Shown piece by piece: positions 9,316 through 19,029 of a stretch of DNA of 44,400 nt (the stretch's first letter is position 1; each line of letters starts with the position of its first letter). The translations under genes and the position numbers were made by a program. Source of the DNA: Methanobacteriota archaeon (lineage in GTDB: Archaea; Thermoplasmatota; Thermoplasmata; RBG-16-68-12); assembly GCA_005878915.1 (NCBI GenBank), contig VBML01000020.1, positions 1 through 44,400 of the forward strand, written 5' to 3'. The notes under the pieces are model-generated. The model searched no databases. It had not been told where the DNA came from and was given only the letters and a program-made list of their open reading frames with translations.

Positions 9316-11880
9316 ACGGAGTCCTTTCTCTTCTGCCGGGCATACCACATCGGAGCGGCCGACCGCGTCTTCGCTGAGGAATCCGCTCCGGAACACTTCC
9401 CTAGGGATCGCACGTTCCGCGTCCGCCACATCCGGCTGGATGTCGCTCTCGACCAGGTCAAGGGGGAGGTCCGCGGGACCGCGACCCTGACGCTGAGCCC
9501 GCTGAACGACGGACTGCGCGAGATCGAGCTGGACGGGGATAGCCTCCATATCCGGAAGGTCACGGACGGCGAAGGGCGGGTCCTCGAATTCGATTACGAC
9601 GGCGCGAGGCTCTCGGTGCGCCTCGCCCGAGCGGTCAAGGCGGACTCCGAGTTCTTCCTGAGAATTGCGTACGACTGCAAGCCGCGCAAAGGGATGTTCT
9701 TCGTACATCCCACGAAGGCGTACCCGAAGCACCCCTTCATGGTGTGGACGCAGGGCGAGCAGGAGGACAACCGTTCGTGGTTTCCATCGTACGATTCCCC
9801 GAACCAGAGGATGACCTCCGAGGTGGTCGTTACCGTCGATGAGGCGCAGCTCGCGATCTCGAACGGCCGCCTCGTGAACGAGAAGCGCGATGCGGCGCGC
9901 AAGACCCGAACGTTCCACTGGCTTCAGGACATCCCTCACGTGAATTATCTGATCACGATCGTGAGCGGGGAGTTCGACCGCGCAGAGACGGCGTGGGAGG
10001 GAGTCCCCCTCCAGTACTACGTCCCGAAGGGGGAGGGCGCGAAGATTGACGACACGTTCCGGTACTTGCCCTCCATGATGACGTTCTTCTCGAAGGCCAC
10101 CGGCGTGAAGTACCCGTGGGCGAAGTACGCGCAGGCGGTCGTGCGGGACTTCACCTTCGGAGGAATGGAGAACACGACCCTCACGGTGCTCATCGACAAC
10201 TGCCTCGTGGACCCGTACACTCGTCCGGACTACCGACCCGAAGGCCTGTTCGCGCACGAGCTCGCGCACCAGTGGTTCGGCGACTTCATCACGACGAAGT
10301 CGTGGAACGACCTCTGGCTGAACGAGGGGTTCGCCTCGTACTTCGATCCGCTGTGGTTCGAGGCTGAATTCGGCAAGGATGAGTTCCAATGGGTCATGTA
10401 CGAAACGGCGAACGGGTATTTCGAGGAGGACGCGAGGTCGTACCGCCGCCCGATCGTCACCTCGAAGTACCACGACAACGAAGACATGCTGGACGCGCAC
10501 ACGTACAACAAGGCCGCCTGTGTGCTCCACATGATGCGGTTCGTCCTCGGCGATGAGCTGTGGTGGAAGGGGATTCGCCACTACGTCAAGCGCCACGCGC
10601 TGGGGAATGTGGAGACGAACGACCTCAAGGAAGCGATCGCGGAGGCCACCGGCCGAAACCTCGACAAGTTCTTCGATCAATGGTTCTTCAAGGGGGGCCA
10701 CCCGGAGTTCGACGTCTCCTGGAAGTACGACGACAAGACAAAGCTCGTTGCCCTCACGGTGAAACAGAAGCAGGAGGTCAAGGACCTCACCCCGCTCTTC
10801 TCGACCCTCGTGGAGATCGAGCTGCACGCGAAGGACAAAATCTGGCAGGAACGGATCGACATCTCCCGCCCCGAGCAGACGTTCTTCATCGGCAGCCCGT
10901 CGAAGCCGGATGCCGTGCTCTTCGACCCGAACAACTGGATCCTGAAGAAACTTACTTTCGAGAAGCAAAAGGACGAACTGTTGCACCAGCTCAAGAACGC
11001 GAAGAACGTCGTTCCCAGAATCCAGGCGTGCGAGGGCCTCTCCAAGATTCTCAAGGACGAGGATGTCATCGAGGGGCTGAGGCGCGCCCTCGAGAAGGAC
11101 TCGTACTTCGCGGTGCGGCGCGCCGCCGCGAAGGCCCTTGGGGAGATTCGGACGGACGAGGCGAAGGCCGCGCTCCGGACGGGCGTCGCGGACAAGGACT
11201 CCCGCGTCCGCCGGGCGGCCTATGAGGCCCTCGGCCAGTGGCGGGCGGATGATGAGGCGTTCGAGGTCCTGGCGAAGGCGTGGCGGGAGGAGAAGATGTA
11301 TTACGCCGCGGGCGCGGCCGCCCTGGCGATGGGGGCGTCGCGACACGCGAGGGCCTTCGAAACAATCGCGAAGGGCCTCGACAGGCCCGCCCATGGAAGC
11401 ATCATCACGCGGAACGGCCTCCTCGGCCTCGCCGACCTCCGGGATCCGAAGGCGATTGACGCGATCCGACCGTACACGGAGCCGGGCCGGGCGGAGTTCG
11501 TGCGCCAGTCCGCGTGCATGGCCCTGGGGAAGATCGGCGACCTTCTCGAGGACAAGCGCGACGACATCCGAGACCTCCTCGTGCCGCTGGTTCGCGACGC
11601 TAACTACCGCGCGCGCTTTGGGGCAATTCAAGCCCTCGCGGCCATGGGCGACCCGAAGGCCGTCGGCGAGCTAAGGAAGGTCCAGGAGAGCGACCCCCTC
11701 GGGTTCGTCCGCCGAGGGGCACGCCGCGCCATCAAGCAGATCCAGGAGAAGGTGGCGGAGCGGTCGAAGAAGGTCGAGCAGCAGCAGGAGCTCGACAAGC
11801 TGAAGGAAGAGAACAAAGACCTGAAGGCGCGGGTCGCGAAGCTCGAGTCGCAGGTCGAGAAGGTCCTGAAGAAGCGGTAG
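9316..11880 (+). CDS. pepN: M1 family aminopeptidase with C-terminal HEAT repeats and coiled coil
   Basis: 'GGMEN' exopeptidase motif, 'HELAHQWFG...WLNEGFA' zinc motif, 'YNKA' catalytic Tyr, HEAT-like 'VRRAAA.ALG' repeats; start codon uncertain (see findings). Confidence 0.93.
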   Translation, partial: TESFLFCRAYHIGAADRVFAEESAPEHFPRDRTFRVRHIRLDVALDQVKGEVRGTATLTLSPLNDGLREIELDGDSLHIRKVTDGEGRVLEFDYDGARLSVRLARAVKADSEFFLRIAYDCKPRKGMFFVHPTKAYPKHPFMVWTQGEQEDNRSWFPSYDSPNQRMTSEVVVTVDEAQLAISNGRLVNEKRDAARKTRTFHWLQDIPHVNYLITIVSGEFDRAETAWEGVPLQYYVPKGEGAKIDDTFRYLPSMMTFFSKATGVKYPWAKYAQAVVRDFTFGGMENTTLTVLIDNCLVDPYTRPDYRPEGLFAHELAHQWFGDFITTKSWNDLWLNEGFASYFDPLWFEAEFGKDEFQWVMYETANGYFEEDARSYRRPIVTSKYHDNEDMLDAHTYNKAACVLHMMRFVLGDELWWKGIRHYVKRHALGNVETNDLKEAIAEATGRNLDKFFDQWFFKGGHPEFDVSWKYDDKTKLVALTVKQKQEVKDLTPLFSTLVEIELHAKDKIWQERIDISRPEQTFFIGSPSKPDAVLFDPNNWILKKLTFEKQKDELLHQLKNAKNVVPRIQACEGLSKILKDEDVIEGLRRALEKDSYFAVRRAAAKALGEIRTDEAKAALRTGVADKDSRVRRAAYEALGQWRADDEAFEVLAKAWREEKMYYAAGAAALAMGASRHARAFETIAKGLDRPAHGSIITRNGLLGLADLRDPKAIDAIRPYTEPGRAEFVRQSACMALGKIGDLLEDKRDDIRDLLVPLVRDANYRARFGAIQALAAMGDPKAVGELRKVQESDPLGFVRRGARRAIKQIQEKVAERSKKVEQQQELDKLKEENKDLKARVAKLESQVEKVLKKR

Positions 11881-12063
11881 GTCCTAGGGGCAAGTGCGAA
11901 GCTCCCGCTCCATGGCCATGCATCCTCCGGAGAGCCCTGTTCGCCTTCACTTATTCTCGTCTCTGCGCGTGCACGAGAGTCACCCATGAATTCAAGCTGG
12001 CCACAAAGCCGTGTACAAGACTCCAAATATACCCGCGGGGCTGTCCTTCATTCGGGGCCGGAG

Positions 12064-12468
12064 ATGGCAGCGACTGCCGCAAGGGGGGTACGGACGATGC
12101 GGCTCCTCCGGTCCCAGTCTCCGAGGGAGACGCTCGCGTTCTGGACCGTCCTTATTCTGTCGTACTTGACGCTCGCCCTCCTCGCGGGACTTCGCGGGAT
12201 CGGGTACTCTGAGCACGTCGACACGCCGAGCAAGTCCATCACATTCGAATTCAATCCATTCCTGTGGCTCCCCGACGTCTTCCTCCACGCGGATCCCTCT
12301 ACGAATCCGGTCCCGTTCATGCTGTGGTGGGTTCTCGTCGCTACCCTCACCGCGGGGGTCGTGATGATCCTCTTCCGGCTCTTTTTCAGGCCGGGGGCCC
12401 GAGCTCGTGCTGCTACGACCGCGCCGTCGCTCCCTCCCTCCCGCCCGCGGGAAGCCAATCCCCGCTGA
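12064..12468 (+). CDS. Hypothetical membrane protein (2 TM)
   Basis: Two hydrophobic helices flanking a short loop; ATG12064 or ATG12097; AAATATA upstream at ~12025. Confidence 0.6.
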   Translation: MAATAARGVRTMRLLRSQSPRETLAFWTVLILSYLTLALLAGLRGIGYSEHVDTPSKSITFEFNPFLWLPDVFLHADPSTNPVPFMLWWVLVATLTAGVVMILFRLFFRPGARARAATTAPSLPPSRPREANPR

Positions 12469-12510
12469 CCAGCGAAAGGGTTATTCGGACGACGGATTTG
12501 ACGAGCCGCG

Positions 12511-13011
12511 ATGGAATTCCCTCGGGTGAATCGGCGCATCGGCGCAGGGAAACACTCTTTGACGAAGGTCTTCCCCGGTCTCGATACCGATCCCGCGTTC
12601 GTCGGGATCTTCCCCGATGGGATCCACCGCGAGGTCCTCGAGAAGTGTTACATCGAGGCCGTCGCGGAGGACATGTACATGTACATCGACGACTCCGACG
12701 GCCACGTCGTGGCGGGCCTTGATTACCTGAAGACGGGCGAGCCCTGGGTCCTTTACCTCGATGTGATCCACGAGCTCACGCACATCCGCCAGTGGCGGGA
12801 GGGTAAGCCCCTCTGGGACCGGAGGTACACATACGTGGATCGTCCAACGGAGGTCGAGGCATACAAGGTCGCGGTCGAACGGGCAAAGGAGCTAGGGATC
12901 CCGGAACGGGAGATCTGCGACTACCTGCGCGTCGAGTGGGTGAGCCGCAAGGAGCACGAACAGCTGTGCCGCCGGTTGGGGCTCCGGATCATCGAGAGCC
13001 ATGCACACTGA
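12511..13011 (+). CDS. HExxH-motif putative zincin-like metalloprotein
   Basis: 'VIHELTHIRQ' followed by 'PTEVEAY' (candidate third ligand Glu). Confidence 0.75.
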   Translation: MEFPRVNRRIGAGKHSLTKVFPGLDTDPAFVGIFPDGIHREVLEKCYIEAVAEDMYMYIDDSDGHVVAGLDYLKTGEPWVLYLDVIHELTHIRQWREGKPLWDRRYTYVDRPTEVEAYKVAVERAKELGIPEREICDYLRVEWVSRKEHEQLCRRLGLRIIESHAH

Positions 13012-13129
13012 GGACAATCCTCGCGGCGTGGTTCCGAATCGCGTCGAGTTCCGTCGATAGGAATTAAGGCAGACGGACCCTTCTCGACGCGCTGGTCGAG
13101 TCCGAGCGGCGTTGGTCTGGCACAAACGA

Positions 13130-13462
13130 ATGACGCTGACGTGGGAGGAGTTCCGGAAGATGGAGATTCGCGTGGGAGAAATCGTCGATGCGAAGGACTT
13201 TCCTGAGGCTCGGAACCCCTCCTACCGCCTCACCTTGGATTTCGGACCCGTGGGCGTGAAGAGGTCCTCGGCGGCGATCCGCCGGTGGTACACGAAGGAG
13301 GACCTCATCGGCCGTCACGTCCTCGCCGTCATGAACTTCCCGCCGAAGCAGATCGCGAACTTCGTGTCCGAGGTCCTCGTCCTGGGGGCCGTGCAGCCGG
13401 ACGGCGAGGTCGTGCTCCTGCGGCCGGACCGGGAGAAGGCGCTCGGCGCGCGGGTGGCGTGA
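13130..13462 (+). CDS. csaA: tRNA-binding/secretion chaperone CsaA (Trbp111-like OB fold)
   Basis: 'FRKMEIRVGEI..A.DFPEARNPSY.L.LDFG..G.K.SSA', 'NFPPKQIANFVSEVLVLG'. Confidence 0.92.
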   Translation: MTLTWEEFRKMEIRVGEIVDAKDFPEARNPSYRLTLDFGPVGVKRSSAAIRRWYTKEDLIGRHVLAVMNFPPKQIANFVSEVLVLGAVQPDGEVVLLRPDREKALGARVA

Positions 13463-13466
13463 GGCG

Positions 13467-13901
13467 ATGAAGGTACGAATTGCCCCGCTCCGGCTCCCGG
13501 ACTATGAGGCGATGATCAAATTGTGGCGGCGGGCGGGCCTCATGAGCCGCGTGAACGGGCGCGACTCGCGACGGGCCTTCGCCCGCCAGCTACGACTGAA
13601 CCCGGGCTTGTACCTCGGCGCATATGAAGGAGATGTCCTCGTCGGCACGGTCCTCGGCACCCACGACACCCGCAAAGGATGGATCAACCGTCTCGCGGTG
13701 GACCCCGCCCACCAACGACGGGGGGTCGGCACGCGCCTCCTCCGGGCGTGTGAGAAGGCCCTGGCCCGCAAGGGGATGAAGGTGATCTCGGCCTTCGTCG
13801 TGGATGGGAACGACCCGTCGATGAACCTGTTTCGCCGGAGCGGATACGAGCGGGTGCCCGATGTCGTGCATGTCCGCAAGAAACTTCAGGCGGACGCCTA
13901 G
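13467..13901 (+). CDS. GNAT family N-acetyltransferase (YpeA-like)
   Basis: 'GTHDTRKGWINRLAVDPAHQRRGVG', 'N..SMNLFRRSGY'. Confidence 0.9.
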   Translation: MKVRIAPLRLPDYEAMIKLWRRAGLMSRVNGRDSRRAFARQLRLNPGLYLGAYEGDVLVGTVLGTHDTRKGWINRLAVDPAHQRRGVGTRLLRACEKALARKGMKVISAFVVDGNDPSMNLFRRSGYERVPDVVHVRKKLQADA

Positions 13902-15094
13902 GGGATGACCTTCAGCTCCTTCCCGATCTTCTCGTAGGCCGAGAGGGCGTCATCGAGGTCCTTGCGCCGCAGGCCCGCGGTGACGATGTTTCGGATGCGC
14001 GCGCGGTCCTTCGCGACCATCGGAAACACGATTGGCAGCGCGAACACGCCCTCGTCGAAGAGCCGCTCGCTGAACCGCTTCGCGACCGCTGAGTCCCCGA
14101 GCATCACCGGGGTGATGGGGGTCGCACTGTGCCCGATGTCGAAGCCCATGGAGACGAGCTGCTTCTTGAAGTATCGCGTGTTCCGCCACAGCTTCTTCAC
14201 ATGGCGGGGTTCCGTCTCGAGCACGTCGATCGCCGCGATACACGCCGCCGTCGTCGCGGGCGGGTGCGACCCGCTCAGGAGCCACGTGCGGGACTTGTTC
14301 AACGCATAGTTTCTCAACACGTTGGACCCCGCGACGTACCCTCCGACGACGCCAAGGGCCTTGGAGAACGTCCCCAGCTCGACGTGAATCTTGTCTTCGA
14401 CGTGGAAGTGCGAGGCGACCCCCCGCCCACCCTCTCCGAGGACGCCCTCACCGTGGGCGTCGTCGATGTAGACCATCGCGCCGAACCCCTCCGCGAGCTT
14501 GGCGATGTCCCCGACGGGTGCGATGTCCCCGTCCATGGAGAAGACCCCGTCGCTGATGACCAGCAGCTTCTTGAACTTCGAGTCGGCGTCCGTCAGCGCC
14601 CGCTCCAGGTCCGCGACGTCGTTGTGTTTGTAGATGAACCGCTGGGCCTTCGTGAGCCGGACGCCGTCAATGATCGAGCCGTGGTTCAGCTCATCCGTGA
14701 AGAGCGCGTCCCCCTCCCCCGCGAGTTGGGGGATCAGGCCTGCGTTGCCCGCGAAGCCGCTCATGAAGTAGAGGGCGGCATCCCGACGCTTGAACCGCGC
14801 GATGCGCCGTTCGAGCTCCTCGTGGAGGTCCATGTTGCCCGCGATCGGCCGGACGCTCCCGCTGCCCGCTCCATGGGTCCGGATCGCCTCGCGTGCCGCG
14901 CGCTTCACCTTCACATGCGTGGAGAGATTGAGATAGTTGTTCGAGCAGAGCATGACGACCTCCTTTCCGTCGACGATGCTCCGCCGGGCGTTTGGCCCTT
15001 GGAGCGTCCGGAGCTTCCAGTCCAGGCTCTGCGCCACGAGGTTCTCGTACTCTGTCCGCATCCAGCCCTCAGGGTCCCGCTTCTCCATCCTCAC
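13898..15094 (-). CDS. kbl: Glycine C-acetyltransferase (2-amino-3-ketobutyrate CoA ligase), PLP-dependent AOS family
   Basis: 'CSNNYL', 'DELNHGSIIDG', 'DGVFSMDGD', 'DDAHG.G', 'GTFSKALG'; overlaps the tdh stop. Confidence 0.9.
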   Translation of the reverse strand: MRMEKRDPEGWMRTEYENLVAQSLDWKLRTLQGPNARRSIVDGKEVVMLCSNNYLNLSTHVKVKRAAREAIRTHGAGSGSVRPIAGNMDLHEELERRIARFKRRDAALYFMSGFAGNAGLIPQLAGEGDALFTDELNHGSIIDGVRLTKAQRFIYKHNDVADLERALTDADSKFKKLLVISDGVFSMDGDIAPVGDIAKLAEGFGAMVYIDDAHGEGVLGEGGRGVASHFHVEDKIHVELGTFSKALGVVGGYVAGSNVLRNYALNKSRTWLLSGSHPPATTAACIAAIDVLETEPRHVKKLWRNTRYFKKQLVSMGFDIGHSATPITPVMLGDSAVAKRFSERLFDEGVFALPIVFPMVAKDRARIRNIVTAGLRRKDLDDALSAYEKIGKELKVIP

Positions 15095-16137
15095 CCCTCC
15101 ATTGGGAACGCGACCTTCCCGCAGTCCCCGGTCCGCATCACTTCCATCGCCTCGTTGTAATCATCCAGCGGGAACCGGTGCGTGAGGATCGGCTTGAGGT
15201 TCACGTTCCCGCTCTTCAGCAGGCCGCCCATCTGCATCCACGTCCTGTACATCAGCCGACCGTGGATTCCGTACATCGAGAGCCCCTTCGTCACGAAGTC
15301 CGAGATGTCGAGGTTCAGGGGCCTAGGGAAGAGTCCGAGGATGTGGATTCCTCCCGCCGGCCGGGTAATCTTGATCGCCTGCTGGACCGCCGCCTCGCTT
15401 CCGGAGAACTCGAGCGACTCATCCACGCCCTCGCCCGCGGTGGCGTCCATGACCTCATCCGCGAGGCCGTCTCCCGACTTGAGGACGAGATTCGCGCCGA
15501 CCTTCTTCGCGAGGTCCATTCGGTACTTGTTCTTGTGACCGATCGCGATCACCTTGCGGGCCGCCATGGCGCGACACAAGGCCACGGCCATCAGGCCGAT
15601 GGGCCCCAGGCCGAAGATCGCGACCGTCTTGCTCGGGACGTTCGCGTTCGTCGTTGTGTACACCGCATTCCCGAGGGGGTCCTGCATCGTCGCGAGCTCG
15701 AGCGGGAGGTCGTCATCGTTCACGATGACGTTCGAGGCAGGCACGGTCAAGTATCCCGCGAAGGACCCGCCGCGGTCGATGCCGAGGATTGACACGGACT
15801 TGCAGACGTGCGCGTTCCCGGTGCGGCACATGTAGCACCGACCGCACGCGATGTGCCCCTCTGCGCTGACGTAGTCCCCCTTCCGGAAGCCCTTCACGTT
15901 CGACCCAATCTTCTCGATCTCCCCCGCGAACTCGTGGCCCTGGATCAGCGGGGGCTTAATCCGCGCTGCGGCCCAGGCGTCCCAGTCATAGATGTGAACA
16001 TCGGTCCCGCAGATCGAGGCGATCTTGACGCGGATGAGGACTTCGTCCGCGGTGGGCTCTGGCACCGGGACCTGCTGGACCTCCGTGCTCTTCGGGGCAG
16101 GTTTCAGTTTTACAGCGGCTGTCATCCTCGCGGGCAT
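15091..16137 (-). CDS. tdh: L-threonine 3-dehydrogenase
   Basis: 'SICGTDVHIYDWD', 'GHEF', 'SAEGHIACGRCYMCRTG..HVC', 'GLGPIG'; operon with kbl. Confidence 0.93.
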   Translation of the reverse strand: MPARMTAAVKLKPAPKSTEVQQVPVPEPTADEVLIRVKIASICGTDVHIYDWDAWAAARIKPPLIQGHEFAGEIEKIGSNVKGFRKGDYVSAEGHIACGRCYMCRTGNAHVCKSVSILGIDRGGSFAGYLTVPASNVIVNDDDLPLELATMQDPLGNAVYTTTNANVPSKTVAIFGLGPIGLMAVALCRAMAARKVIAIGHKNKYRMDLAKKVGANLVLKSGDGLADEVMDATAGEGVDESLEFSGSEAAVQQAIKITRPAGGIHILGLFPRPLNLDISDFVTKGLSMYGIHGRLMYRTWMQMGGLLKSGNVNLKPILTHRFPLDDYNEAMEVMRTGDCGKVAFPMEG

Positions 16138-16250
16138 AGGCGTCCCCCAACGCTGCGCGGGGGCGCGGATGCGGCGAGGGCGTTTCAACCTTGTGTTGCG
16201 CAAACGTGCCCACGAGTTCGCGGTGTCAGCGCCCGAAGGGCCGGAAGGGC

Positions 16251-17381
16251 TCACGACCGGATCGGGTGGAGCTTGCTCGTCCGGTAACCGATCACGACGA
16301 ACAGGTATTCCTTTTTCGCGAACTCGCGATCGAGGTCGGCGTCCCCCGTGTCGACACGGAGGACCGGGGTCGCGTTCAGCTTTGAGGGGGTCGCCACGAC
16401 AATCACGTTCGACACCCCGATTCTCCGGATCACCGAGGGACTCACCTGGAGGTTCCCTCTCCCGAGAATGAACCCTTGGGCGCCGATTGGGGACACGATC
16501 AATTTCGAGTTCTTCTGCTCTTCAAGAAGCTTGAGAATTCCGACTTCGTCGAGGTCCGTACCGACGATCTTTCCCCCGCGGTACGCATCGACACCCAGGA
16601 GGGTCTTCCCCACCCCCAGCCGCGTCGCGATGTGTTCGACCGTCGATCCCGGTCCTAGGAAGAGTAGGGAGTCCGGCTCCTTCTCTGCAGTCTCCTTCAC
16701 GTGCTCCGCTATCTCGTCCTTCATCGCCTCGTCGCTGAGTTCCGCGAACAGCATCTTCCCCGTCTGGACGAGGGCGGGTTCCACGAGGGTCTTCGCCGTC
16801 CCGTACAACCGGACCTCCCAATCCCCGCGGCGGTACGCCTCCTCGTCGACGTCGAGGACCTCGGCGTCCCCGATGCGGAGGAAGCCCTGGAGCCACGCAT
16901 CGAGAGCCGCCGCGACCGTCGCGGGGTGGACCCCGAAGACCCCGGAGTGCATCTTCACCCCCGCGGGTACACCGAGAATCGGGATCCGCCGGCCGACCGC
17001 GTCGAAGACGTCGCGGCATGTGCCATCCCCGCCGCAGAAAACGATCAGCTCGCTTCCTCGCTTCTCGAATTCACGACACGCGACCTTCGTATCTTCCGAG
17101 CTTGTTACTTCGGGAGGCGACGTTGCAATCTCTATGGTCGACGGAGGGAAACCACTGGAGGCGAGGGAATCGGAGCCCATGGGTCCTTGACATGTAATCC
17201 AGTGGATCTCGGAAGCGGCCCGGAGCCGCCGGAGGGATTCAAGCATCTCCCCTGCTCGCCTCGGCGCTACCGGCTCGGCCCCGCGTGCACGCGCCTCCGA
17301 GGCGCGGCCATCCGTCCCCTTCAGCCCGACGCGCCCGCCCATCCCCGCAATGGGGTTCACGACGAAGCCGACCCGCCGCAC
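16251..17381 (-). CDS. ATP-NAD kinase/AcoX-like family protein
   Basis: 'VNPIAGMGGRVGLKGTDG', 'GGDGTCRD', 'GVPAGVKMHS', 'GFILGRGN.Q', 'VDTGD'. Confidence 0.88.
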   Translation of the reverse strand: MRRVGFVVNPIAGMGGRVGLKGTDGRASEARARGAEPVAPRRAGEMLESLRRLRAASEIHWITCQGPMGSDSLASSGFPPSTIEIATSPPEVTSSEDTKVACREFEKRGSELIVFCGGDGTCRDVFDAVGRRIPILGVPAGVKMHSGVFGVHPATVAAALDAWLQGFLRIGDAEVLDVDEEAYRRGDWEVRLYGTAKTLVEPALVQTGKMLFAELSDEAMKDEIAEHVKETAEKEPDSLLFLGPGSTVEHIATRLGVGKTLLGVDAYRGGKIVGTDLDEVGILKLLEEQKNSKLIVSPIGAQGFILGRGNLQVSPSVIRRIGVSNVIVVATPSKLNATPVLRVDTGDADLDREFAKKEYLFVVIGYRTSKLHPIRS

Positions 17382-17402
17382 GGACGGACGACCTGCGCGG
17401 AC

Positions 17403-18291
17403 CTATTTCGTCCTTGCGCGGGCGGACATCAGCGGAGAGCCACGCCACGCGCGGGCAAGATCCGCGGGAGGGGCGACGGCGGCGAGGTGCGCGAGGTACC
17501 CGACGACCGCGAGCGGGAGGAGCGGCCACAACACCGGCGCGAGGATGATGGCGGTCGAAAGTCCCGCGCCGATCCCAAGCTGAATCACCCTGAGCTCGTT
17601 GCGGGTCACGGCTTTCAGGTCCGTCGGGTCTAAGCGGCGATGCAGCACGGCGGCGGCTGCGGTGATGAACCCCGCGACGAGGAAGGCAGGGTGGACCACG
17701 AGCCCGAGCATTAGATAGAGGCCAGCTCCCGCGGCAGCGAGGATTGTCGCGTACGCCACCGCGAGCCTCGGCCCGAGAGCGACAACCGTCGTCCGTTTCT
17801 TGGGGACGGCCGTGCGATCCGCTCCCGCATCGAGGTAGTGGTGAACGACAAGCATCGCGGTGCACACGAGTGCATGCGCGGAGAGAGCAACGATGGCGGT
17901 CAAGGACGAGCCATCCTGCGCGAAGGAGACCGACAATCGCCGCGAGGCCGGCGACGCCGATCGACGAGATCAAGAAGATGACCCACAGGTCCCGCTCCGT
18001 GAGAAGCCCCATCGCCAGGACTTTGCTCCCGCCCGAGAGCGCACGGGGGGATCGATCGCGGTCCGTTCCGCTCCGCCAGTCGAAGATTTCGTTCACCGCG
18101 TGCGTCTCCCAACCCTGGATGAGCCCCGCGAGGGCCAGCGCGACGACGAACCAGAGCACGTCGAATCGACCCGTCCCCAAAACGGCGAGGGCGGTCCCGA
18201 GGGCGACCGCCGTGTACGACCACAGGAGGACTGGGATCATCCGGAACTCGAGGAACCACCCGAGGGCCTTCTTCCGCCCTCCTCCAGCCAC
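17403..18291 (-). pseudogene. menA: UbiA/MenA-family prenyltransferase split by a frameshifting deletion at ~17900 (real lesion or assembly artefact)
   Basis: N-part 'NEIFDWRSGTD...SGGSKVL'; C-part in another frame 'HHYLDAGADR....KRTTVVALG'; the central 'Y..PP..L.YR..GE' segment is missing. Confidence 0.75.
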
Positions 18292-18376
18292 GGGGGAAAC
18301 TATCGAGATAGTAATATTAGATGGTTCGGCAATAGGTAGTCCAATCACCTGATCGGGGGGTGTGAGGGCCAGGGCG

Positions 18377-18694
18377 ATGGTGAACAAGCGGCTGTGGCAC
18401 TTGATCGCAGGCACCCGGGGCGGTGTCAACCGAGCGAAGATCATCTGGTACCTCCGCGAGCGTCCCTCGAACGCGAACGCGATCGCGGGACATCTTGGTT
18501 TGGATTACAAGACGGTCCGGCACCACCTCGACGTCCTCCGGGCGAACGACGTCGTGATGTCGACGGGGGCGGACAACGGCTACGCCACGATGTACTCCCT
18601 CACCCCCCGCCTGCAGACGCATTTCGAGGAGTTCCTTGAGATCTGGACCCGCTTTCGGGGAAAACTAGATAGCCGCCCGTCCCCCAATCCCTAG
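18377..18694 (+). CDS. ArsR-like winged-helix transcriptional regulator
   Basis: 'LWHLIAGTRGGVNRAKII...RPSNANAIA..LGLDYKTVRHHLDVL', an archaeal wHTH pattern. Confidence 0.88.
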   Translation: MVNKRLWHLIAGTRGGVNRAKIIWYLRERPSNANAIAGHLGLDYKTVRHHLDVLRANDVVMSTGADNGYATMYSLTPRLQTHFEEFLEIWTRFRGKLDSRPSPNP

Positions 18695-18703
18695 GTACCC
18701 CCA

Positions 18704-18997
18704 ATGGCTCTCGGCACGTTCTGGGCCCTGAACATTGCGTTCGCCGCAGTCAGCGCGGCCATCCTCGTGGCTCTCCTCTACGTGTACGGTCGCAACGCAA
18801 CGCAGATCAAATCAAAGTTCACCGTGGGTCTCGTTTTGTTTGGGGTCCTGTTCCTTCTTCAGAATGTAGCGGGGATGTGGATCTACCTGGCGATGAACAA
18901 CGAGGGCTTGGGGGCGAACGTGGCGGTCCCGATGCTGTTCCTGAATGTCACCGAGGTCGGGGCTCTCGTGGCCCTCGTGGCAATCACCTGGGACTGA
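18704..18997 (+). CDS. Small 3-TM membrane protein, probably co-transcribed with the wHTH gene
   Basis: 97 aa, three hydrophobic helices, 'SKFTVGL..F'; 9 nt downstream of the regulator. Confidence 0.8.
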   Translation: MALGTFWALNIAFAAVSAAILVALLYVYGRNATQIKSKFTVGLVLFGVLFLLQNVAGMWIYLAMNNEGLGANVAVPMLFLNVTEVGALVALVAITWD

Positions 18998-19029
18998 CGC
19001 CGCTCGGCAGGCAATCGGACCGTGTCGGG

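Noticed and set aside
9265..11631. 788-aa antisense ORF, and similar long shadows opposite ths, acs and kbl
   Set aside because: Expected in high-GC3 DNA opposite conserved genes; no recognisable motifs
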